The translations under genes and the position numbers were made by a program. From Candidatus Latescibacterota bacterium (GTDB lineage Bacteria > Latescibacterota > UBA2968 > UBA8231), in NCBI GenBank assembly GCA_965243025.1, contig CBDETY010000003.1:5344001-5408000 (forward strand): a stretch of 64,000 nucleotides of DNA, read 5' to 3'. Shown here one piece after another: positions 47,547 to 56,276 of the stretch. The stretch's first letter is position 1, and the number at the start of each line of letters is the position of its first letter. A model generated the notes under the pieces. It was given only the letters and a program-made list of their open reading frames with translations. It did no database searches and was not told the origin of the DNA.

Positions 47547-48352
47547 CGCCCCAGCTCCCGGGAACGCGCCGTGGCGGCCTGCACCGCGCTTATCAGGGCG
47601 CCGGCCAGTCCCTTGTCCCTGAGCGCCCGCAGTCCGGCGACGGTGGTGCCCTTCGGAGAGGTGACTCGAGCTCTGAGATCGGCAGGCTTCTCTCCGGTTT
47701 CGAGTACGGTGTGAGCCGCCCCGAGCACTGTCTGGGCGGCAAGGGCAGTGGCAACGTGCTCCGGAAGGCCCACGGAAACCCCTCCCTCTACGAGGGCTTC
47801 TATAATTGAATACACGTATGCCGGGCCGCTTCCCGACAACCCGGTTACGGCGTCCATCTGATGTTCTTCGACGACGACGGTGGTTCCGACCTGGTCGAAC
47901 AGTTCCCTGGCCAACTGGAGCTGTTCTGTACCGGTGTGTGCTCCGGGGCAGACAGCCGTTGCCGCGACGCCGGCAAAGGCGAGCAGCTGAGGCATGGAGC
48001 GAACGACCGCGACCTCCCCTCTCAGCCTCGCCTCGATGGCTTCCGTGGTTACCCCGGCCATTACGGAGATCAGCAACTGGGCGGGAGTGATGGAAGGAGA
48101 AAGTCGGTCGACCAGACCGGGAGCGATCTGAGGCTTTACAGCCAACAGAACGACATGTCTGCCTGCGATCGCCGCTGCGGGATCGGAGGTGGTATTCATT
48201 CCCAGTTCCGCAAGCGGGGCCAGCGCAGTCTCGTCGATGTCGGAGGCGGTGATGTTTCCAGCAGGGACGCGTTGGCGCGAAACGATTCCCCGAAGCAGGG
48301 CGGCACCCATATTTCCGGCGCCGATTACAGCGATTTGGGATTGCTCGATCAT
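47543..48352 (-). CDS. proC: pyrroline-5-carboxylate reductase
   Basis: IGAGNMG, LAVKPQ, SGSGPAY and VTSPKGTT. Confidence 0.96.
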   Translation of the reverse strand: MIEQSQIAVIGAGNMGAALLRGIVSRQRVPAGNITASDIDETALAPLAELGMNTTSDPAAAIAGRHVVLLAVKPQIAPGLVDRLSPSITPAQLLISVMAGVTTEAIEARLRGEVAVVRSMPQLLAFAGVAATAVCPGAHTGTEQLQLARELFDQVGTTVVVEEHQMDAVTGLSGSGPAYVYSIIEALVEGGVSVGLPEHVATALAAQTVLGAAHTVLETGEKPADLRARVTSPKGTTVAGLRALRDKGLAGALISAVQAATARSRELGR

Positions 48353-48562
48353 ATCACAGGGCGGAACAGACTGACAGGGGGGATGTAAAGCAGCGGGCCC
48401 ACTCGGGGCGGGAGAGGATTTATGATAGAGTGCCCATTACGGCCTGTCAATTTCGGTCCGGTGAGGGATTCACAAAAATCAAGAAACCCGCGACGGGTTG
48501 CGGAGATCGCTACATGTTGTACATCCAACCTGTTTCAGAGAGAAAATCGGCACAATTTCTGC

Positions 48563-48592
48563 TTGACGGATTTGTTTCAGCAATGGTACATT
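48563..48592 (+). promoter_or_regulatory. putative sigma70 promoter for the H1-like/SWIB gene
   Basis: TTGACG-N18-TACATT with a TG extended -10, in an AT-rich intergenic region. Confidence 0.5.
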
Positions 48593-48767
48593 TTGCACAA
48601 TGTGTTTATGGGCAAAGGTTAGGCAATTCGGCTGAGTTGGCTATTCGCCGGACACCGAGGGAGGAGGTGATCAAGTGAAGCCCGGCGATCCTGTCACCCA
48701 GTTGGTTTGGATGGGTTCGCGATTGAGCGAAACCGAGTGCCGGCCGTACACGTAAAGGAGAGAGAGA

Positions 48768-49328
48768 ATGGCCAAGAAGAAGGCCGCCAAGAAGAAGGCC
48801 GCCGCCAAGGGCAAGGCCGCTAAGAAGAAGACCGTCAAGAAAGCAGTAAAGAAAAAGGCAGCCAAGAAGAAGGCCGCCCCGAAAGCCAAGGTCGCCAGGA
48901 AGAAGGCGGCAAAGAAGAAGGTGGTAAAGAAGAAGGCCGCGAAGAAAAAGGCAGCCAAGAAGAAGGCCGCCAAGAAGAAGGCAGCTCCGAAAGCCAAGGT
49001 CGCCAGGAAGAAGGCCGCCAAGAAAAAGGCAGCCAAGAAGGCGGCAAAAAAAAAAGGCGGTAAGAAAAAAGTGAAACGTCAACCGAACGCCGCTTTCATG
49101 AAACCGCTGCAACCGGATGAAGCCCTGGGTGCCGTCGTCGGCAACAAGCCCTTGCCCCGGACGCAGGTGGTCAAGAAGCTGTGGGCTTACATCCGCAAGA
49201 ACAATTTGCAGGACGCGAAGAACAGGCGCATGATCAACGCCGACGACAAGCTCAAGGCTGTCTTCGGCGGGCAGAATCAGGTCAGCATGTTCGAGATGAC
49301 CAAGCTGGTCAACAAGCGCCTCAGCTAG
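48768..49328 (+). CDS. histone H1-like Lys/Ala-rich protein fused to a SWIB/MDM2 domain
   Basis: About 100 aa of KKKAA repeats followed by AAFMKPLQP...LPRTQVVKKLWAYI.KNNLQD..NRRMINAD. Confidence 0.92.
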   Translation: MAKKKAAKKKAAAKGKAAKKKTVKKAVKKKAAKKKAAPKAKVARKKAAKKKVVKKKAAKKKAAKKKAAKKKAAPKAKVARKKAAKKKAAKKAAKKKGGKKKVKRQPNAAFMKPLQPDEALGAVVGNKPLPRTQVVKKLWAYIRKNNLQDAKNRRMINADDKLKAVFGGQNQVSMFEMTKLVNKRLS

Positions 49329-49374
49329 GCAGAGGGGACGGCCGTCGCCGGCTGCTGCCCTTCCTGCCTGTAAT

Positions 49375-49408
49375 GAATGGGGGCTCTCTTTCGGGAGAGC
49401 CCCCATTC
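49375..49408 (+). terminator. hairpin/terminator after the SWIB gene
   Basis: GAATGGGGGCTCTC-TTTCGG-GAGAGCCCCCATTC, perfect 14-bp stem. Confidence 0.65.
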
Positions 49409-49514
49409 TCATGTACTCCCGGTCCGGATTCTTGCCCGTATGAGCTCTGCTTCTATATTCCGGACTGCATCTGCAAGTGGTTGCATCCACAACCCCATCT
49501 CTCGACACAACAGC

Positions 49515-50603
49515 ATGAAAGCATTGGTCGCCCTCGAGGACGGTACCGTTTTCGAGGGCAACGCCGTCGCCGCCGAGGGCGAGGTGCTCGGTGAAATGGT
49601 GTTCAACACCAGCATGACCGGCTACCAGGAGATTCTCACCGATCCTTCGTATGCCGGACAGATCGTCACCATGACCTATCCGCACATCGGCAACTACGGT
49701 GTCAACCCTGCCGACGCGGAATCGGAACGTCCGCACGTAAGGGGATTCGTGATGAGGGATTGCTGCCGGCGTCCGAGCAACCACGCGGCAACCCAGAGTC
49801 TGATTGAATACCTCGTCGAGCACGAGGTGATCGGTATCGAGGGGATCGATACGCGCGAGCTCACCCGCCGCGTGCGCATCCAGGGCGTCATGAATGCCGC
49901 CATCTCCACAGTCGATCCGGATCCCGGGGATCTCCTCAGGAAAGCCCGGGAATGGGAGGGTCTGGAGGGGGTCGACCTCGTTCGCGAGGTCTCCTGCAAA
50001 TCGCCTTACGTCGTCCCTCCCGAGGGAAGCGTCCGTTACCGGGTCGCCGCCTACGACTTCGGGATCAAGCGCAACATCATCAACAAACTGACGGAGCTGG
50101 GGTGCGAGGTCACCGTTTTGCCTGCAACGACGCCCTGCAGCGAGGCGCTTGCCCTCGACCCGGACGGGATCTTCCTGTCCAACGGGCCTGGAGATCCCCG
50201 GGCGGTCGAATACGCCATCGCTGCCACCCGGGAACTGGCCGAGTCGGGCAAGCCCATCTTCGGCATCTGTCTCGGCCACGAGATCCTCGGGCTGGCCTTC
50301 GGGGCCGAGATCTTCCATCTGAAGTTCGGGCACCGCGGCGCCAACCAGCCGATAAAGGAGAACGACACGGGGCGCATCCTGATCACTTCCGAAAACCACG
50401 GCTGGGGTGTCAGTTCCGAGAACCTTCCCGACTGTCTGGAGATCACCCGCCAGAATCTCAACGACGGCTGCGTCGAAGGCCTCCGCCACCGCGAGCTGCC
50501 GATTTTTTCGATTCAGTGTCATCCGGAAGCATCGCCGGGCCCCCATGACAGCTTCCACCTCTTCGGCCATTTCGCCGAGCTGATGCGGAAGAACGCCGCC
50601 TGA
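49515..50603 (+). CDS. carA: carbamoyl-phosphate synthase small subunit
   Basis: GE.VFNT.MTGYQE.LTDPSY, LSNGPGDP, GICLGH and HPEASPGPHD. Confidence 0.97.
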   Translation: MKALVALEDGTVFEGNAVAAEGEVLGEMVFNTSMTGYQEILTDPSYAGQIVTMTYPHIGNYGVNPADAESERPHVRGFVMRDCCRRPSNHAATQSLIEYLVEHEVIGIEGIDTRELTRRVRIQGVMNAAISTVDPDPGDLLRKAREWEGLEGVDLVREVSCKSPYVVPPEGSVRYRVAAYDFGIKRNIINKLTELGCEVTVLPATTPCSEALALDPDGIFLSNGPGDPRAVEYAIAATRELAESGKPIFGICLGHEILGLAFGAEIFHLKFGHRGANQPIKENDTGRILITSENHGWGVSSENLPDCLEITRQNLNDGCVEGLRHRELPIFSIQCHPEASPGPHDSFHLFGHFAELMRKNAA

Positions 50604-50686
50604 AGCCGCCCCCTGCCGCGAGGTCGCCGGCCGGGGATCCTGAAAAGAGAGGAGAGGCGAACGTCCGTAACCGAACGGCCGGACGG

Positions 50687-53380
50687 TCAGGTCGAGACGC
50701 CGAGACGTCCGCGCGTGATCTGGAAATCCGAGTTGCCGCGGGCGGACAGCTTCGGAGAGATGGTCCCGGCCGCCGCCGCCGCCAGGCATTCGAGGAGCGC
50801 CCGCGCGATTGATTCCGGTGCCTGGGAACCATCGATCGACAGGTCGAGATCATCCCGGAAATCCGCTTTGACGCCGTCGCTGCCGCTCACCTGAACCACC
50901 GGCACCAGCGGGTGCGTCTGCATCGGGTGTTCGCCGGCGTGGGCGAGCACGACCTCCACCCCGGTCGCTCCAAGCCCGGTCAGGGTTTCGACCCAGTGAT
51001 CCGAAGGGGTTTCCATCGAGTAGAATCCCGGCCGGGAAAGGCGCTCCCCGTGCCCGAGGTTGGGAGGCAGCCCGTCTGTGTCCAACCCGGCGGTGAATGC
51101 CGGGTTCGCTCCCAGACCCGAGTTTTCGGCGATGACGACGGTGCCCCCCGCCCCGGCGATCCACCGGCACAGCTGTGAAAAGGCTGCGGCGGTGCTGTCG
51201 GCGAGCGGTCCGGAGCAGATCATTCCCAGGCGCAGGCTTTCCAGCCCCACCTCGGCGTAGCGGGGCTTTTCCATCGTCTCGATCCGGTCGGAGAACCACG
51301 ACTCGACGCGGTTCATCACCGACTCGATGCCCCCGTCCATCTGCACGCTGGCCCAGCCGAACTCCGCTTCGGAGCGGCCCATTTTCTTAAGCTGTTCGCG
51401 GAAGTAGTCGTTGTGCGTCTTTTCGCACCCGTGCTCCATCAGCAGTCCGAGGCTGACCAGCGGATGCGAGAGGTAGCCGACGAGGGTGCGGGCGTAGATC
51501 CCCTCGGTGTCGTAGCCGGTGACGCCGCACCCTTCGGTATGCACGAGACTGACGAACCGCGTGATCCCCTTTTCGGCGCCGACGGCGCGGGCGTTCAGCC
51601 GCTCGGCGGTCAGGCGGGCTATCTGGCCGGCGCAGAGACTGGTGGGCAGCACGAGGCCGACGCGGCCGGTTGCGGTGGATCCATCCCCGCCGACCGCCGC
51701 CTTGAAAAGGATTTCCGGGGGAGTCTCGGTGGCGATGGGGTGCGGTTCGCCGCTGGGGACCGGGGCGGCCAGCAGGGTATCGAGGTTCGACTTGTCCCGC
51801 TGCGGCCAGTTGCGCCAGATGGAGACCTGCGAGTGCCCGGCCTGCTCCCCGCGCGACCGCTTTCCGGAGGCGACCTCCCGGGTGCGCGCGAAGAGTCCGG
51901 CGGCGAGCTCCTCCATCGGTGTGCCTTCCTGGTAGGCCCCGGCATCGACGTCCATGTCTTCCGCCAGCAGCCGGAAGCGCTGCGAGGTGGTGACGATCTT
52001 GATCGTCGGCACGAACGGAAAGTTGGTGATCGAGCCGTTGCCGGTGACGAAGAAGATCATGTTGCTTCCGGCCGCGACCTGACCGGCGATGCTCTCGAGG
52101 TCGTTGCCGGGGCTGTCCATGAAGTAGTACCCCGGCTCGCGCATCGGCTCGGCGTAGTCGATGGCGTGGTCGAGGCGCACGTCCGGGTCCCGTTTGCGCG
52201 CCGCCCCGATCGACTTGAGCACGATGTTGTAGAGACCGCGGAACTTGTTGCCCCCGGATGGATTTCCCTCCGCGGTGGAGCCGTGCCAGGCGACGCGCTC
52301 CTTGAAGCGCTCGACCATGTGCAGGAACCGTTCCGCGGTTTCCAGGTCGCGAACGTTCTGCAGGACGTACGGCTCGGCGCCGATCAGCTCGTCCGTTTCG
52401 GCGAGATTGGCCGCGCCGCCGTGGCGGATCAGCTCCCGCGCCACCCGCGCCGCCAGCGGGTTTCCCGAGATGCCGGAGAAGGCGTCCGAGCCGCCGCACT
52501 GGAGCGCCAGCTTCAGCCGCGACAGCGGCTGGTCGCTGCGCTCGGTCCGGGTCAGAGGATCGAGCCATCCCCTGACCACTCTCTCACCCTCGGCGAGAGC
52601 GTCGTCGAAACTGCCGGAGATCGACAGGAAGGCGTGGGGCATTTCGTCGATGGCGTAGCCGCCGGCACGCAGGTACTCGCGCAACTGCGCGTTCGAGACC
52701 GATTCGCTGCCGTAGTCGACGGCGAGCAGGGCGCCGACGTTGGGGTGGACGGCGAACCCCGCCAGGGTGCGCAGCAGCAGCTCCTTGTTGTTGGGAGTGC
52801 CGGGGCCGCCTCCCTCGGTATGGGCGATCGCCACAACACCGTCGAAGTTGGCGCCTCCGGCGTCCTGAAAGCGCGCCGCAAGCAGGCGGGCGTAGCTGGC
52901 GGTCCGGGAGGTCGTTCCCAGGACGACCGCGTAGTTGCGGGTGCCGGCGCCGCGCCGTCCCCGCGCGAACCCCGAAAACGTGCCCGGCTGCTCGAGGAGG
53001 GGCACCTGCCGGCCCGCCAGGAAGCGGTCCCTGTCGAGCTCGTAGGGCCGGATGCGATCCTCGAAGTTCGGGGCGCCCGGGAGCTCGAAGTCGATCCTGC
53101 GGCCGTTCAGCGCTTCCAGCATACCCGGGTTGCAGACGTACGACCCGGGCCGGATGCCGGCGGTCGCGACGCCGAAAGGGAGACCCCAGGACAGCAGCTC
53201 CGCTCCCGGCGCGACCGCCTCCACGGCGAAGCGGTGGCCCTCCATCACCGTGTAGTCGAGCTCGAAGCGCTCGGTCCCGCGAAGGATGGCCGTACCCTGC
53301 TCGAGCCGGCGCGAGGCGATGGCGACGTTGTCTCCGGCGGCCGGCAGGCGGCCGGCCTCGTCGAAACTGATTTCGGTCAT
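50687..53380 (-). CDS. UxaA family (altronate/galactarate dehydratase-like) protein, long duplicated-domain form
   Basis: SAF domain, HTEGG, QCGGSDAFSG.S.NP and a second HTEGCG repeat. Confidence 0.85.
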   Translation of the reverse strand: MTEISFDEAGRLPAAGDNVAIASRRLEQGTAILRGTERFELDYTVMEGHRFAVEAVAPGAELLSWGLPFGVATAGIRPGSYVCNPGMLEALNGRRIDFELPGAPNFEDRIRPYELDRDRFLAGRQVPLLEQPGTFSGFARGRRGAGTRNYAVVLGTTSRTASYARLLAARFQDAGGANFDGVVAIAHTEGGGPGTPNNKELLLRTLAGFAVHPNVGALLAVDYGSESVSNAQLREYLRAGGYAIDEMPHAFLSISGSFDDALAEGERVVRGWLDPLTRTERSDQPLSRLKLALQCGGSDAFSGISGNPLAARVARELIRHGGAANLAETDELIGAEPYVLQNVRDLETAERFLHMVERFKERVAWHGSTAEGNPSGGNKFRGLYNIVLKSIGAARKRDPDVRLDHAIDYAEPMREPGYYFMDSPGNDLESIAGQVAAGSNMIFFVTGNGSITNFPFVPTIKIVTTSQRFRLLAEDMDVDAGAYQEGTPMEELAAGLFARTREVASGKRSRGEQAGHSQVSIWRNWPQRDKSNLDTLLAAPVPSGEPHPIATETPPEILFKAAVGGDGSTATGRVGLVLPTSLCAGQIARLTAERLNARAVGAEKGITRFVSLVHTEGCGVTGYDTEGIYARTLVGYLSHPLVSLGLLMEHGCEKTHNDYFREQLKKMGRSEAEFGWASVQMDGGIESVMNRVESWFSDRIETMEKPRYAEVGLESLRLGMICSGPLADSTAAAFSQLCRWIAGAGGTVVIAENSGLGANPAFTAGLDTDGLPPNLGHGERLSRPGFYSMETPSDHWVETLTGLGATGVEVVLAHAGEHPMQTHPLVPVVQVSGSDGVKADFRDDLDLSIDGSQAPESIARALLECLAAAAAGTISPKLSARGNSDFQITRGRLGVST

Positions 53381-53402
53381 GGCTTCTTGCAGGGGAGTGT
53401 TT

Positions 53403-54650
53403 TCAGAAAAGCTCGAAGTTGCCGGCGTCGACCCTCTTCGACTGGTGCGCCAGCACCGCATCCATCAGCTCGATCGCCATGCGCGATTCCAGGGTCACGC
53501 CGGCGCGCACTCCCACGCAGGGGTCGTGCCGGCCCTTCTGCAGCTGGAACTCGGTTTCGCTCAGGTCCTTGCGCACCGATTGCTGCGGCGGGCGGATGGT
53601 CGAGGTCGGTTTGAAGGAGACCCGGCAGACCAGGGGCATGCCGGTGGCGACGCCGCCGATGATGCCGCCGTGGTGGTTGCCCTGGTAGCCCGAGCGCCGG
53701 ATCCGGTCGTTGTTCTCGCTGCCCCGGCGCGGCACGACCTCGATTCCCGAGCCGACCTCGCAGGCCTGCACGGCGTGCAGCCCGCCGAGCGATCCCATCA
53801 GCCTGACCTTGAGGCTGTCGTAGAGGGGTTCTCCCGCCAGCGGCGGAACGTTGGCGGCGACGACCTCTATGGACGCTCCGACGGAGTCCCCCTGCCTGCG
53901 GGTCTCGGCGATCAGGTCGGCGGCGGCGCGCCCGAATTCGGCGTCGAGGGTCCGGATCTCCGGTTCTTCCAGTGCCGCCTCCAGCTCCTCGAGCGCGGCT
54001 GCGGGAACCCGGCCGTCTCCGCCTGCGGGGAGCTGCGCCACGCGGTCGGCCAGCCGCCGCCCGCAGCGCAACTCGCCGACCTGGCATATCGACGACAGGA
54101 AGGCGGTCCCGAACCGGTCGCGCAGGAACAGGCGGGCGATGGAGCCGCCGAAGACGTCGGAGATGGTCGACCGGTAACTGGAGCGCCCCCCGCCGCGGGG
54201 GTCGGCGAAACCCCGGGACTTGTGGTGCTTTACGAGGTCGGTGTGGCCGGGGCGCACGTCCCCTGAGGGGCCGAGGAACTGCGCGTAGTCCGCGGTGCGC
54301 TTCGCCGCCGACAGGACGACCGCGGCAATCGGCTCACCGGTGGCGAAGCCTTCCTCGTAACCCGGCGCGGAGACCTCCTCCTCGCCGACGGCCGCGGCGA
54401 TCCGCGAGCCGGACAGGAGAAGGTCGTGGTCGTCGGAGTACACACCGGACAGGATCACCACCTTGTCCCCCTCACGCCTGGGGGTGCCCAGCTTGTTCGA
54501 ACCGGGCCTGCGCCTGTCGAGGAAGCCCTGGATCTCGGCCCGCGAGACCCTCTGGCCCGGGGGGCAGCCGAAGACGATGGTGGTGATGGCCGGGCCGTGC
54601 GATTCCCCGGCTCCGGCCACGGCGAACAGGGAGCCGCCGAGGATTTCCAT
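53403..54650 (-). CDS. aroC: chorismate synthase
   Basis: [30 protein letters not shown] and GRHDPCV. Confidence 0.95.
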   Translation of the reverse strand: MEILGGSLFAVAGAGESHGPAITTIVFGCPPGQRVSRAEIQGFLDRRRPGSNKLGTPRREGDKVVILSGVYSDDHDLLLSGSRIAAAVGEEEVSAPGYEEGFATGEPIAAVVLSAAKRTADYAQFLGPSGDVRPGHTDLVKHHKSRGFADPRGGGRSSYRSTISDVFGGSIARLFLRDRFGTAFLSSICQVGELRCGRRLADRVAQLPAGGDGRVPAAALEELEAALEEPEIRTLDAEFGRAAADLIAETRRQGDSVGASIEVVAANVPPLAGEPLYDSLKVRLMGSLGGLHAVQACEVGSGIEVVPRRGSENNDRIRRSGYQGNHHGGIIGGVATGMPLVCRVSFKPTSTIRPPQQSVRKDLSETEFQLQKGRHDPCVGVRAGVTLESRMAIELMDAVLAHQSKRVDAGNFELF

Positions 54651-54823
54651 GGTGTCGCGCCGTCTCTGGTGCGGCGATGCCGGCGAAGGGAAAAGGGACG
54701 TTTCGAATGTACGCCCTCGTGCCTGCCCGCGTAATCGAGCGTGTGAACGAAGGCAGCCCCGCGATCCGGCTTCAGTCCAGGCAGCCCGTTGGAAAAGTCG
54801 GCGCGGCTCGGCTCAACTGGCTG

Positions 54824-56179
54824 TCAGGGACCGCCGAGAAGCCGCTCGATATTGGCGCGGGCAACGGCGAGGTCGTGGCGCGTCCTCACCCGGCTGCTGC
54901 GCGCCTGGGTGAAGTTGACCTGGGCGTCGAGCAGCTCGAGCAGGGTGCCCTGGCCCACCTCGTAGCTCTCCTTGGCGAGCTTGAGGTCTTCCCCGGCGAC
55001 CTCGAGGGTGCCCTCGCTGATCTCGAGAATCTTGGCGAGGCGAGCCAGCTCGAGATGGGCGGTCTCGACGGCGAGGGCGACCTCGCGCCGCTGCTGGTCG
55101 AGGTTGAAGCGGGTGTTCTCCAGGGCGATGCGGGAGCGCTGGATGCCGGCGCTGCGCACCCCCCCGTCGAAGAGGTTGTAGGTAACCGACAGGCCGGCGT
55201 TGATGCGGTAGTTCTGGCCGAAGTCCTGGTAGACGCGGTCGAACACCTCGTTGTTGCGGCCGTAGGAAAGGTTGGTGCTGAGGCGCGGATGCCAGGCCGA
55301 CTTTGCCGACGACAGGTCGTGCTCGGCGGCAAGGTGGGCGTATTCCAGTTGCCTGATGGCGTGATTGGAGCTCTCGGCGGCGCGCAGCAGATCTTCGAGG
55401 GACAGCCCGGCGAGTGGAAACGCGGCGTTCTCGACGGGAGCGGCCGTCAGCGGCTCGGAGATCCCCCTTCCCATGAAGTGGTTGAGGCTGGCGCGCGCCA
55501 GAACGACCCCCTGCTCGGCATTGATCAGGTCGGCCTCGGCATTGCCTACCGCCACCTTCAGGCGCAGCACGTCCGCCCTCACGCCGGCTCCCACCTCGAG
55601 GCGCATGGCGGCGCCCTCGAGCTGTTTCTCGCTGAGCTTCAGGGCCTCGCGCTGGACTTCGAGGAGATCCTGCGCCTTGAGCAGGGCGAAGTAGCGCTGT
55701 CTCACGCCGAAGACCGTTTCCGCCCGCTGCGACTCGAGAGCGGTCTCCGCTGCGTGAAGCCCCTGGCGCGCGGCGTTGTGGGCATGGCGGCGGCTGCCCC
55801 CGTCGTACAGGGTCTGGCTGACCGATGCGTTCAGCGAGAACGAGTTGCGGTCGATTGCCGGTATCTGGGTCGTCTCCTCCCGGAAGATGCGCTGGCCGGT
55901 CTCGGGGTCGAAACGGTCGGTCGGGTTTTCCTGGATGCGGACCGACGGTCCGGTGCGCGACCGGGAGAAGTTCAGCACCGAGAGGTTGACGCTGGGCAGC
56001 CTTCCGGCCATTGCGGACTTGACGTCCATCTCGGAGCGGCGGACCGCCTGGGCCGCCAGGCGCATCTGGTTGTTGTGCTCCAGGGCCTGCCGGATGCACT
56101 CGTCGAGAGTGAGGGTGCCGGCACTTGCCGCGGTTGCCGCGGCGGCCAGCAGGGCGAAGAGGGCGATGCTGGGTATCAT
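54824..56179 (-). CDS. TolC family outer membrane protein
   Basis: Signal peptide, two OEP repeats (LFDGG, YEVG..T.LELLDAQ); in operon with RND genes. Confidence 0.92.
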   Translation of the reverse strand: MIPSIALFALLAAAATAASAGTLTLDECIRQALEHNNQMRLAAQAVRRSEMDVKSAMAGRLPSVNLSVLNFSRSRTGPSVRIQENPTDRFDPETGQRIFREETTQIPAIDRNSFSLNASVSQTLYDGGSRRHAHNAARQGLHAAETALESQRAETVFGVRQRYFALLKAQDLLEVQREALKLSEKQLEGAAMRLEVGAGVRADVLRLKVAVGNAEADLINAEQGVVLARASLNHFMGRGISEPLTAAPVENAAFPLAGLSLEDLLRAAESSNHAIRQLEYAHLAAEHDLSSAKSAWHPRLSTNLSYGRNNEVFDRVYQDFGQNYRINAGLSVTYNLFDGGVRSAGIQRSRIALENTRFNLDQQRREVALAVETAHLELARLAKILEISEGTLEVAGEDLKLAKESYEVGQGTLLELLDAQVNFTQARSSRVRTRHDLAVARANIERLLGGP

Positions 56180-56276
56180 GGGGTGTTTCCCTGGTTGCTG
56201 GCTTCAGCGAGGACGCCGGAGCGCCGCGGTCCGGGCGGCCTGGCGAATGATCCGAGGTAGTTCGCGCCTCCGGGCA

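Noticed and set aside
48768-49070. AAGAAGAAGGCCGCC tandem repeats as a non-coding repeat array
   Set aside because: They encode the Lys/Ala-rich H1-like domain and vary at synonymous positions.
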